DNA of 37,572 nt, taken from IMG/VR virus record IMGVR_UViG_3300028887_000087; one strand, given 5' to 3'. Source of the DNA: a virus. Taxonomy: Duplodnaviria > Heunggongvirae > Uroviricota > Caudoviricetes. The position numbers and the translations under genes were made by a program. This document shows positions 25,790 through 34,008 of the stretch, in pieces. The notes beneath the pieces were generated by a model. That model saw nothing but the letters and a program-made list of their open reading frames with translations. It did no database searches and was not told the origin of the DNA. Numbering within the stretch: position 1 is the stretch's first letter; each line of letters starts with the position of its first letter.

Positions 25790-26506
25790 ATGGAAAAGAT
25801 ACTTGAAGAGTTTGAAGATGTTCGAAGAGAGCCAATTTACAGTGGGAACCTTGATGGTTATACTTCTTTCAAAGAAGCATCTCGCCGTTCTCTTAACCGT
25901 GTCTTCAACAATCTTGAAAAGTTTCCTTATGTGATTGTTTCATCAAGCAGAAACGAATGTTCTGAAGAAGAGAACAGAGCAAGATTTGCAAAGCTCAAAG
26001 ATATTGTAAAAAAGAACGGGTTTAGCTTTATCCCAGTAAAAGGCGGATATATTGAAGGTGCTGATACTGATGCACCTAAACAGGTTTACGAAGATTCTTT
26101 GATAATCTTCCCAGTCGGAAGAGATAAAGATATAAAGTCTGAAGATGAATTGTTCAACTTTGGTTTGCAGCTTATTCAGTTCGACCCTGTTCAGCAAAAT
26201 GATGCAGGAGAGTTCGTAGGCGACCCAACTGATGTTGAATGTTTCGGACAGGACTCATTCCTTTTCAAAGGAAAAGATAAAGTCGCTGCTTATTACAACA
26301 AAGATGGCGACAAAGATTTTGAAGTTGGTAATAACTATGTTGTAAATGACAAGTTTGCACAGTATTTTACTCAGCTTGCAAAAGATCACGGCAAAGAAAA
26401 CGTCGGAAAGTTTACCTTTACTGAAGCATATATGACTTGCGAGCCAAGAACAATTCAAGGCCGCCACGTCAGATACTTGAAAGGCGAACTTGTAAACTAC
26501 TACTAA
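25790..26506 (+). CDS. Conserved-type large-phage hypothetical protein
   Basis: 238 aa. SLNRV...IVSSSR...ENRARF..LK..V...GF.FIPVKGGYIE pattern recurs in large phages. Function unknown. Confidence 0.6.
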   Translation: MEKILEEFEDVRREPIYSGNLDGYTSFKEASRRSLNRVFNNLEKFPYVIVSSSRNECSEEENRARFAKLKDIVKKNGFSFIPVKGGYIEGADTDAPKQVYEDSLIIFPVGRDKDIKSEDELFNFGLQLIQFDPVQQNDAGEFVGDPTDVECFGQDSFLFKGKDKVAAYYNKDGDKDFEVGNNYVVNDKFAQYFTQLAKDHGKENVGKFTFTEAYMTCEPRTIQGRHVRYLKGELVNYY

Positions 26507-26538
26507 GCAAATCAATTAAACTTATCATACTCCTTATC

Positions 26539-26577
26539 GGGAGCGGCAATTGAAAACGAACGCCGCTCCCCTTTTTT
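26539..26577 (+). terminator. Intrinsic terminator
   Basis: GGGAGCGGC-(14 nt)-GCCGCTCCC-C-TTTTTT. Confidence 0.75.
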
Positions 26578-26593
26578 ATGTTAATATAACAAT

Positions 26594-27418
26594 ATGAGAA
26601 AATTTAAAGTAGAAGAGCCTATTGAACTTAATCGTCATAACGACGAAGTTATCAGAGAAGAACTTCTTTGGCCTTTATATGGAAAAATTTTGAATGATGA
26701 TGTCGTAAAGACAGGCGCAAATGCTTCACAAGTTGAAGGACAATCTTCTTATGCCGAAATTCTTGCAAAGACTGTTCAGCTTGACCCATATTCACCTTAT
26801 GTTTATATCGACAAAATGTTTCAGACACCAAAGAAGTATGTAAAGTCGGAACTTGATTGGTACAAGTCTATGGACTTGTCAATCATAGGACACGAGGGAA
26901 TTGAAAGCAATCCAACTTGGCAGTCGTGCTGCACACAAGATGAGAAAAAGCTTGTCAATTCAAATTATGGTTGGTGTGTTTTCAGTGAAGAAAACGGAAG
27001 TCAGTATGATGAGTGTTTGAATGTTTTGAAAAAAGACAAGACAACTCGTAATGCAATTATTGTTTACAACCGTCCTGAAATCTACAAAGATTACAAAAGA
27101 GACGGAATGCACGATATGATTTGCACAATGTATTCACATTTCTTCATTCGTGATAACAAATTATTTATGGTTCACAATATGAGAAGTAACGATGTTCGTT
27201 ATGGCTTCATTTGTTCTGACCTTGCTTGGAATTGTTTCGTTTATCAAAATATGTACGAAGACTTGAAGGAAACATATCCTGACCTTGAAGCTGGTACAAT
27301 TATTTGGACATCAGATTCAATGCACATTTATGACCGTCATTATGACGACCTTAAAAAACTTTTTGAAGAGAGAACCGCTTTCTCTGAAGCAAAAAGACAA
27401 AATTGGTGGAATGATTAG
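26594..27418 (+). CDS. dCMP hydroxymethylase-like (T4 gp42 family, thymidylate synthase fold)
   Basis: ELDWYKS, NSNYGWCVFSE, DGMHDMICT, FIRDNKL, MRSNDVRYGFICSDLAW and IIWTSDSMHIYDRH parallel T4 gp42 (NSNYGWAIWSE, DGMSDFMCT, MRSNDVVFGFRNDYAW, as recalled). Confidence 0.85.
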   Translation: MRKFKVEEPIELNRHNDEVIREELLWPLYGKILNDDVVKTGANASQVEGQSSYAEILAKTVQLDPYSPYVYIDKMFQTPKKYVKSELDWYKSMDLSIIGHEGIESNPTWQSCCTQDEKKLVNSNYGWCVFSEENGSQYDECLNVLKKDKTTRNAIIVYNRPEIYKDYKRDGMHDMICTMYSHFFIRDNKLFMVHNMRSNDVRYGFICSDLAWNCFVYQNMYEDLKETYPDLEAGTIIWTSDSMHIYDRHYDDLKKLFEERTAFSEAKRQNWWND

Positions 27419-27420
27419 TT

Positions 27421-28176
27421 ATGGAATTTAAATCTTGTGGTAAATGCAAAGACGGGTACATATACAAAACTGACCCGACAGGTTTCTTTCAGGTCGCTAC
27501 GGAGTGTGATTGCCACAAGAAGTGGGTTGCAGAAAATCAGTTAGAGAGACAGTTCAAACATAACGGATTTGATATGCGCCACTTCAACTATTCACCTCGT
27601 TCTTATGCGGGTACAAAGTCCGCAGCGGATAAAGACCGTTTAGTAAATTATGTAAAGCAGTTTGAACTCAATCCTGAAGTAAGAAAGTTGATGGTTTATA
27701 TGTATGGACCAAACGGTACACAAAAGTCAACACTTGCCTCTTGGGTAGGTAAGTCTTTATTGTCAAAAGGCTTTTCAGTAAGATATGTATTGATGAACGA
27801 TTTGATACATACACTTATGGACGCTGAAGACTTCAACGAAGAACGAAAAGAAAAAGCCAAAGCAAAAATTGAAAAGCTTGAAAACACAGACCTTGTAATT
27901 GTTGATGAGTCTTTTGACAAAGAGAAGATGAAGCTTTACAAAAGTGGTTTTATGTTATCCTTCCTTGACTCTTGGATTCGTAAAAGAACAGGTCAGCTCA
28001 ATAAGGGTATTTTATTTGTAAGTAATGTAAAGATTGAAGATATTGAGTCGAACGGACTTTCTCATTCAATTCAGGATTTCGTTGAAAGAGAAGTTAAGTT
28101 GCATAATTGTTATCTTCAGTTCTTGGACAATTATTTGCAGTCTACAACTGTCGAGTTTACGGGCAGCTTATTCTAA
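27421..28176 (+). CDS. DnaC/IstB-like helicase loader ATPase
   Basis: N-terminal CxxC...CDC zinc site, Walker A-like GPNGTQKS, Walker B DLVIVDE. Directly upstream of the DnaB-like helicase. Confidence 0.75.
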   Translation: MEFKSCGKCKDGYIYKTDPTGFFQVATECDCHKKWVAENQLERQFKHNGFDMRHFNYSPRSYAGTKSAADKDRLVNYVKQFELNPEVRKLMVYMYGPNGTQKSTLASWVGKSLLSKGFSVRYVLMNDLIHTLMDAEDFNEERKEKAKAKIEKLENTDLVIVDESFDKEKMKLYKSGFMLSFLDSWIRKRTGQLNKGILFVSNVKIEDIESNGLSHSIQDFVEREVKLHNCYLQFLDNYLQSTTVEFTGSLF

Positions 28177-28196
28177 TTTGAGGTTAATTTAAATAT

Positions 28197-29645
28197 ATGA
28201 ACAATAAGGTTGAAAACTTAGATGAGCAGACTTCCGTAAATGTTGCGGAAATGAGATTGCTTAACGCCCTTTATGTAAACAAAGACAACTTTCAAGTCAC
28301 AGGCGTTGAAAAAGATTTATTCGTTCACGAGACTTATAAAGACATATTCGACTCAATCGAAAAACTTACAAACAACAACATCCCTTTAACAACTCAAGCA
28401 TTATTTCAGGATGCATCAGCAAGAAACATCAATGTCACATTTGATGTTATTAAAGCTATTGCAGGTATCAACACAAATCCTGATGTTGTTATTAAAGACG
28501 CAGTTGAAATGTTGCAGGACACAAAGATGTCTGTCAATGCTCTTAAGCGTCTTGATGAAGTAAGAAAACTTGTTTCAGAAAACCCAATTCGTAGCGATGA
28601 AGTAAATGAAAAAATCAAAAAACTTTTGTATGAAAGCGAAAGTGACTTGATGCCGATAACAAGAAAGCAGCGTATTATGACTCTCGAAGATGTTGAAAAA
28701 ACATATATGGAAAACTTCGAAGATCGTAAGAACGGTAAGCAGTATATGTTCGGCGACCCAATCCTTGATAAGTATGTAAAGTACGGCCCAGCGCCTGGGT
28801 GTGGTGGTTTGATTGCTGCAGCGACAGGTATGGGTAAGTCTGCTTGGTGTTTGAACTTGATTAACAGAATGATGGTGTCAAGAGTTCCTCTTATGTATTA
28901 TTCTTTGGAAATGGGACTTATGGACACATTCGACCGTGACATTGCTTTGAACACAGGAATTGATATGGACACAATCGTCAATCCTCCTGACAAAGAAATG
29001 TTTGAAATGGTTAAGAAAGAAATCAAAAATCAGTTCGCAATATTGAAACAAAACCCGAATTTCCGTTTCAGTGAATGTGCTTCGATTTCTTTAACTCAAG
29101 TTAAGCAGGACATCAAAAAATTCCAGCAGGACATCGGACAAGAATATATGGTTGTTGTGTTCGACTTGCTTTCGATGATTAAAGAGTTTATGATTACTGA
29201 TGAAAAGGGTATGAACTTTGCACAGGGTATTGAAGTTGCAATCAACGTCCTTAATGCAATGGCAAAGGAACTAGGTTTCCATTATATCGCTGTTCTTCAG
29301 ATGAATCGTAAAGGTGAAGGTGAAGCACAACACATTGATGACCTTGATGATTTGAATAAGTTCCGTCCTGTAAGAAATCAAATCAAAAATGCGGGTGCCT
29401 TCCTTGAGCGTGTTCGTTGGGCTGTAGGTTTGTTCAGACCAAAGTATTATGCTGAACTTTATATCGAAGACAAAGAACTTTGGGAAGACTTACCAGATTA
29501 TTGTGAAATGCATATGCTTAAACAGAATCAGGGTAAGATTGGTCGTTTAGGAAAATATTTGTTTGACCCAGATATTATGAAAATGACCCCACTTGAAGAG
29601 GATGACGAGGAAGAAGAATCTTCTGAAGAAAAAGAGGAACAGTAA
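28197..29645 (+). CDS. dnaB: Replicative DNA helicase, DnaB family
   Basis: Walker A AAATGMGKS, YYSLEM, VVVFDLL, VLQMNR, IKNAGAFLE, LKQNQG. Confidence 0.85.
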   Translation: MNNKVENLDEQTSVNVAEMRLLNALYVNKDNFQVTGVEKDLFVHETYKDIFDSIEKLTNNNIPLTTQALFQDASARNINVTFDVIKAIAGINTNPDVVIKDAVEMLQDTKMSVNALKRLDEVRKLVSENPIRSDEVNEKIKKLLYESESDLMPITRKQRIMTLEDVEKTYMENFEDRKNGKQYMFGDPILDKYVKYGPAPGCGGLIAAATGMGKSAWCLNLINRMMVSRVPLMYYSLEMGLMDTFDRDIALNTGIDMDTIVNPPDKEMFEMVKKEIKNQFAILKQNPNFRFSECASISLTQVKQDIKKFQQDIGQEYMVVVFDLLSMIKEFMITDEKGMNFAQGIEVAINVLNAMAKELGFHYIAVLQMNRKGEGEAQHIDDLDDLNKFRPVRNQIKNAGAFLERVRWAVGLFRPKYYAELYIEDKELWEDLPDYCEMHMLKQNQGKIGRLGKYLFDPDIMKMTPLEEDDEEEESSEEKEEQ

Positions 29646-30190
29646 TGGCTTATAAAATAAATGTTGATGGAGTTGACAAATATCTCTTTGGTCTTTTTCA
29701 GGAAAAAGATAAAACAATCAGATGCGAAAAATGCGGTGACCTTTACAAAGCAGAAGGACAAACTTTTGTTTGGGAAATGAATGACCGCTTCAAAGGACTT
29801 TGTCGCCATTGTTATCTTCGAAAACTTAATGACAATTTTACTGAAGAAGACGCTCTTGAATTTGCAAAAGAAGCTTTAACTAATCGTGACTATATGGGAA
29901 GACCTCGAGTAAGCTCTGAAGTTGATGGTAAGAATTGGGAACAATATGTTGAGCCAAAAATTAAAGAATTGAGAGCAGCAGAAAAGAAAGCTGCGGAAGA
30001 AGCATATCATCAAGAAAAGTTGAATGAAGCTCAACAGATTATTGATGATGCAAGAAATGCGCATCCTACCGGTAATATGAATCCCGATTGGTTTGAGCTT
30101 GAAGTTATTGCAAAACTTCTTGAAAGAATGGACAAGCTTGAAAAGAAAATACCTCCAAGAGATTGGAGAAATGAGCCGTTTACAATATGA
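29645..30190 (+). CDS. Hypothetical protein with a CxxC...CxxC zinc finger
   Basis: RCEKCG...LCRHCY. Translationally coupled to the helicase (TAATG). Confidence 0.6.
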   Translation: MAYKINVDGVDKYLFGLFQEKDKTIRCEKCGDLYKAEGQTFVWEMNDRFKGLCRHCYLRKLNDNFTEEDALEFAKEALTNRDYMGRPRVSSEVDGKNWEQYVEPKIKELRAAEKKAAEEAYHQEKLNEAQQIIDDARNAHPTGNMNPDWFELEVIAKLLERMDKLEKKIPPRDWRNEPFTI

Positions 30191-30537
30191 GTTTGAAAGA
30201 AGTCACAAGAGGCAGATATATGGATGAACTTAAAGAAGTACATCTCGCTTTTGAAGAAAATATTTTAGGTAAATGGGTTGCAACATTTGTGAAGCCTGAA
30301 AATTATATCACAGGATATTCAATGCTCAAATGTGGTGATGATTATGTTGCAATACAAAGTAAATACGATGACAATCCTTGGGATTTTTCAAAAGAATATT
30401 TTGACTCATTTACGATTGAAGAGTTTGATGATTGCCTTATAATAACCGCGCCTCGAAAAGAATATATTTATAAGGATGTAAAGTTGGTGTATCGTTTTGA
30501 CACGGAGCTAGATAATGCTTGGGATGGACTTTTCTGA
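30187..30537 (+). CDS. Hypothetical protein (paralog of the next gene)
   Basis: 116 aa. VKPENYITGYS and YVAIQ are shared with the downstream ORF. Confidence 0.6.
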   Translation: MSLKEVTRGRYMDELKEVHLAFEENILGKWVATFVKPENYITGYSMLKCGDDYVAIQSKYDDNPWDFSKEYFDSFTIEEFDDCLIITAPRKEYIYKDVKLVYRFDTELDNAWDGLF

Positions 30538-30826
30538 TAATTTAGAAACTGAGGAATTAGAGTTTCACCTTGACCAAAATTATGATTATGTTTCAAACTG
30601 GGTAAAGCCAATAAATTATGTTGCAGGCTATGCAACAATTTATATGAATGATGAAGTTTGGGCAATTCAAAACTATTCAACATTATCTTGGTTGAAAGCA
30701 AAGCAAGATGCGGACTTTAGTTTAGAAGAAAACGATAAAGAGATTGTCTTAAAAGTTCACGACCCAGGAGTTTTTGATTGGGATGCGACTTTCAAAATAT
30801 CTTATAGGTGCTTTACACAATCGTGA
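30515..30826 (+). CDS. Hypothetical protein (paralog of the previous gene)
   Basis: 103 aa. VKPINYVAGYA and VWAIQ. Exact start uncertain. Confidence 0.6.
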   Translation: MLGMDFSDNLETEELEFHLDQNYDYVSNWVKPINYVAGYATIYMNDEVWAIQNYSTLSWLKAKQDADFSLEENDKEIVLKVHDPGVFDWDATFKISYRCFTQS

Positions 30827-30992
30827 TAAACTTATAGCCTAAAAGTTGAGCGGATTCTTCGATAGCTATTTTATGTTGTCTTGAGAGTGAATGACTTGCA
30901 AAAGTTGCATCAGCAATTGAATGATAAGGACCAAAGAAGTCATAGTCATTGTATAAATAGAAGTTGTTATTTGCTTTTACAATTTTTAACAT
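30813..30992 (-). CDS. Small hypothetical protein (59 aa, absent from the ORF track)
   Basis: MLKIVKANNNFYLYNDYDFFGPYHSIADATF...YKFITIV*. Fills the gap and has an ACTAAAT motif 4 nt upstream on the - strand. Confidence 0.55.
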   Translation of the reverse strand: MLKIVKANNNFYLYNDYDFFGPYHSIADATFASHSLSRQHKIAIEESAQLLGYKFITIV

Positions 30993-31050
30993 AAAATTTA
31001 GTTAATATAAAATATAAGATTATGGCACATTTCGGTGCTAGGGAGAATAT

Positions 31051-31476
31051 ATGTTTATAAAGAAAAAAGAAAATTGTCGTGAAGGCGGACAGAGAGGATA
31101 CTTTTTGTTGACCTGTGACTTTGCTTCACTTCAAGCACGACTTGCTTCAATTGATACATTTCTTAATGAATGTCCTGATGCAACATTTGACTCACCTGAA
31201 GGACAAAAAGCTAAACCTGACCCAGTTCTTTATTCGGTATATCGTGACGGTTCAGATACATCTGACTTGCACTCGATGACAGGTTTTGGTACATTCGTAG
31301 GTTCAATTGGAATGAAAGCAATCAGAGTTCACGATGATGTTGATAATAAAGATTACGTTTTTGCAGATAGCTCAAAAGTAAGAGTTGAAAGAGCAGGATG
31401 TCCTGCTGATGGTTTGGTTATTAAGGCTTGTGAATTGCAGCCTACTGACCATATTCTCGAACATATGAAAAAGTAA
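31051..31476 (+). CDS. Family A DNA polymerase fragment (motif A region) with a Hint-like C-terminal tail
   Basis: GYFLLTCDFASLQARL corresponds to PolA motif A (D-Y/F-S-x-x-E-x-R), followed by DLHSMTG. Own GGGAG RBS, in-frame TAG upstream, TAA at 31474-31476. Confidence 0.7.
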   Translation: MFIKKKENCREGGQRGYFLLTCDFASLQARLASIDTFLNECPDATFDSPEGQKAKPDPVLYSVYRDGSDTSDLHSMTGFGTFVGSIGMKAIRVHDDVDNKDYVFADSSKVRVERAGCPADGLVIKACELQPTDHILEHMKK

Positions 31477-31477
31477 T

Positions 31478-31831
31478 ATGAGTTTAAAAGAAAGTATACG
31501 CGATTCTGAAAATGATAATGTTCTTCGTAACGTTCTTGGTTGGCTTGCGATGAACGGTTATTTATTGAATGAAGAAGTCGCCGCTTATATAAGAAGAGAA
31601 AAGCTCGAAAACAATCGTATTACGAAAACTGAAGTACATAAGCATAAAGGCAGAATAGTAGATACTTACGAAGTGATTGTTTATATGAACGATGATTGGG
31701 CATTTGATGTAAAGGCAACAGGCTTTGACAACATTTTAGAATGTGCTATTATTGAATTGCATCCTGCTTTTAACGAGCCATCAACTCAAATTGTTTATAA
31801 AGACAAAATACTTTTTGAAGATGGAATATGA
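31478..31831 (+). CDS. Hypothetical protein
   Basis: 117 aa directly after the Pol fragment. N-terminus MSLKES. Confidence 0.6.
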   Translation: MSLKESIRDSENDNVLRNVLGWLAMNGYLLNEEVAAYIRREKLENNRITKTEVHKHKGRIVDTYEVIVYMNDDWAFDVKATGFDNILECAIIELHPAFNEPSTQIVYKDKILFEDGI

Positions 31832-32235
31832 TAGGTGTAATGGTATGCGGCTCAAGAACAATTACTGATGTTCCTTGGGTTGAGAAACAGATTATAGATT
31901 ATCTCAAAGAGATTGATGCTGAACATCAGAAAAAGTTTGGTTCTAGCGATAGAGACTTTATAATTATACAAGGCCTTGCCAAAGGTGTTGATATGATTGC
32001 AAAAAACTTCGCTGATAATCATAATCTTGGTACTTGGGATTTTCCTGCAGAATGGGATAAATACGGAAAAGCAGCAGGACATATTCGCAATGAAATAATG
32101 GTTGATAAATGTGATTATTGTCTTATCTTATGGGACGGTACATCACTCGGAACAAAGAACGATATTGAACACTGTCATAAGAAAAATAAACCTCACAAGA
32201 TAATTGTTTACAACAACCCTCGAAAGATAAAATAA
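31828..32235 (+). CDS. SLOG-superfamily protein (DUF2493/YspA-like)
   Basis: VMVCGSR, IIQGLAKGVD, AEWDKYGKAAGHIRN, WDGTSLGT. Confidence 0.85.
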   Translation: MIGVMVCGSRTITDVPWVEKQIIDYLKEIDAEHQKKFGSSDRDFIIIQGLAKGVDMIAKNFADNHNLGTWDFPAEWDKYGKAAGHIRNEIMVDKCDYCLILWDGTSLGTKNDIEHCHKKNKPHKIIVYNNPRKIK

Positions 32236-32267
32236 GTTCCACTAAATATTTATTAGTGGAGACTATA

Positions 32268-33314
32268 ATGGCTGAACAGATAAAAGAAGCAAAGGAAGAT
32301 AATTACGGTGCTTTGAATTCTCAGTTTGACGAACTTTTCGCTATGACTGATAAAGCTCGCGAATATGAGGACGACCTTATCGGCGCAATCTTCGATGCAA
32401 AAGAAGGTGACGACGATGCTGAAATTTTCCTTTTGAACAAATGTAAGAAAATGATTTTCTATACTTTCTGGACAAACTTCATCGGAAAGGAAGCTTCAAA
32501 GAAAGTTATCAGAATGAGAATTGCAAACGGTGAGTTTGGTGATTTCTTGTCTTTGGTTTATATCGCATTTGAAAAAGCTATCAAAGCATTCAACCCAGAC
32601 GAATATCAGGATATGAAGATTGGAAACTTCCAGTACTATCTTGGTCGTTATTTGAAGGCTGAAGCAATTTCATACAACAACAAAGAAGATGATGACCCAA
32701 CAAAAGGCGCAGTAAATCCTGACGGTATGACTTCTGAAACAGAAAGCAAAGGCGCAGGTACAGGCAACGCTTGGGATTCAATGGTTGGCGGTGCTGAAGA
32801 TACACACGATGCAGACTTCCTTGAAGATTGGAATGAATTCTGCCGCGACCCAAGAATGAACGAACCTCTTTCAAAGAAAATCTCAACTCCAAGAAAAGTT
32901 GTTATTGCAAAAGTATTAAAAGGTGACAAGACAGTTCCACAGATTGCAGATGAACTTGGTGTGACAAAAGCAACACTTTACTCTGCACTTGATATTGGTG
33001 ATATTTTGAAAGATCACGGTATTACACAATCTGAAATGGCTCGTCAGTTAAGCATCAACCCTGATGCAATCCTTGACCCACTCAAAGAATCAAAGAAAGT
33101 TGAAGACAACAAACTTGTAGAAAGTTTCCTTAAAGAAAGCTTCAACCCAGGGTACAATGCTGATGAAGCAATTGAAAAGTTCTGTATTTTGATGGACTGG
33201 GAAGTTACACCTGAAGATGTTAAGAGCACTTGCGAATGTGATGGCAAAATTGGTATCACACTTAACGATGGTCAGCAGTTCGTTTACGACGCAGAGAACG
33301 ATTGTTTGTGTTAA
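32268..33314 (+). CDS. RNA polymerase sigma-factor-like protein
   Basis: Region-2-like DFLSLVYIAFEKAIKAFNPD...FQYYLGRYLK and region-4 HTH KTVPQIADELGVTKATLYS. ATG at 32268 follows GTGGAG; the ORF track starts at the GTG at 32256. Confidence 0.65.
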   Translation: MAEQIKEAKEDNYGALNSQFDELFAMTDKAREYEDDLIGAIFDAKEGDDDAEIFLLNKCKKMIFYTFWTNFIGKEASKKVIRMRIANGEFGDFLSLVYIAFEKAIKAFNPDEYQDMKIGNFQYYLGRYLKAEAISYNNKEDDDPTKGAVNPDGMTSETESKGAGTGNAWDSMVGGAEDTHDADFLEDWNEFCRDPRMNEPLSKKISTPRKVVIAKVLKGDKTVPQIADELGVTKATLYSALDIGDILKDHGITQSEMARQLSINPDAILDPLKESKKVEDNKLVESFLKESFNPGYNADEAIEKFCILMDWEVTPEDVKSTCECDGKIGITLNDGQQFVYDAENDCLC

Positions 33315-33499
33315 GAGTACAACATAGATTGAGCTAGGTGTATCATTTGTTCATCAACTGTATCACCTAACTTAATTGTTCCGTACTGACGGATCATATC
33401 TTTATTACAGCATTTCGGACAGGCAGGAGTTTCTCCTGCCTTTATTTTTACTATTTCTTCCTTTTTACATTCAGGACAAACAAACTTAATCTTTATCAT
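33311..33499 (-). CDS. Small zinc-ribbon protein (FmdB-like)
   Basis: CPECKKE...CPKC, 62 aa. Confidence 0.65.
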   Translation of the reverse strand: MIKIKFVCPECKKEEIVKIKAGETPACPKCCNKDMIRQYGTIKLGDTVDEQMIHLAQSMLYS

Positions 33500-33968
33500 A
33501 AATATCTCCGCAGGCTTTAATTATATCGTCTTTTGTAATGATATTAACAAACTGAAAAGTACTTTTATGTATCTCATTATAAGGTAACTTCTCTAAGTGC
33601 TTAATGTGAAATGAAAATTGTTTTTTGTAAAGTTCAGATACTGCCGACCAATCGAAAATATAAGAACGGCAATCACCTCTTGCAACCTGAATACCCCAAG
33701 CAAGATAACACTTTGCTCCTTTTACTTTTGAAAACTCATCAAGATAAAAAGCCTGATGCTCTTCAACTCTTTTCATTGAACAAGCCATCATCTTTTTGTT
33801 GAATTTTGCTTCAAGGTAAACGGGGCTATCTCCGATACGACCAATCATATCAAAGCATCTTTTGATTGTTGCGGCAAATTGGCCAGTAGGGTCTGGGATT
33901 TTATATCCTACCCCAGCTTCATTAAGTGCGTGCATAATAACAGAACAATACTCTGCTTCTGTCTTCAT
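33486..33968 (-). CDS. Holliday junction resolvase-like PD-(D/E)xK nuclease (RecU/Hjc type)
   Basis: TEAEY...CFDMIG...VYLEAKF. GGAGG RBS. Confidence 0.65.
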   Translation of the reverse strand: MKTEAEYCSVIMHALNEAGVGYKIPDPTGQFAATIKRCFDMIGRIGDSPVYLEAKFNKKMMACSMKRVEEHQAFYLDEFSKVKGAKCYLAWGIQVARGDCRSYIFDWSAVSELYKKQFSFHIKHLEKLPYNEIHKSTFQFVNIITKDDIIKACGDIYDKD

Positions 33969-33980
33969 ATCAAACCTCCA

Positions 33981-33999
33981 ACTAAATATATAATTTAGT
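33981..33999. promoter_or_regulatory. Overlapping divergent ACTAAAT motifs
   Basis: ACTAAAT-ATATA-ATTTAGT inverted pair between divergent genes. Confidence 0.6.
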
Positions 34000-34008
34000 T
34001 TAAAGGTT

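Noticed and set aside
26594-27418. Annotation as ordinary thymidylate synthase (thyA)
   Set aside because: The motifs follow T4 gp42 (NSNYGW, DxxCT, Asp in DLAW) rather than ThyA (PFN).
31051-31476. Canonical active split intein
   Set aside because: There is no Cys/Ser-initiated block A, no TxxH and no HN-C/S/T junction of credible length. Only a partial resemblance was kept.
33311-33499. MqsA-type antitoxin for the MqsR-like gene
   Set aside because: It is a zinc ribbon only, with no HTH, on the opposite strand and separated by the resolvase gene.
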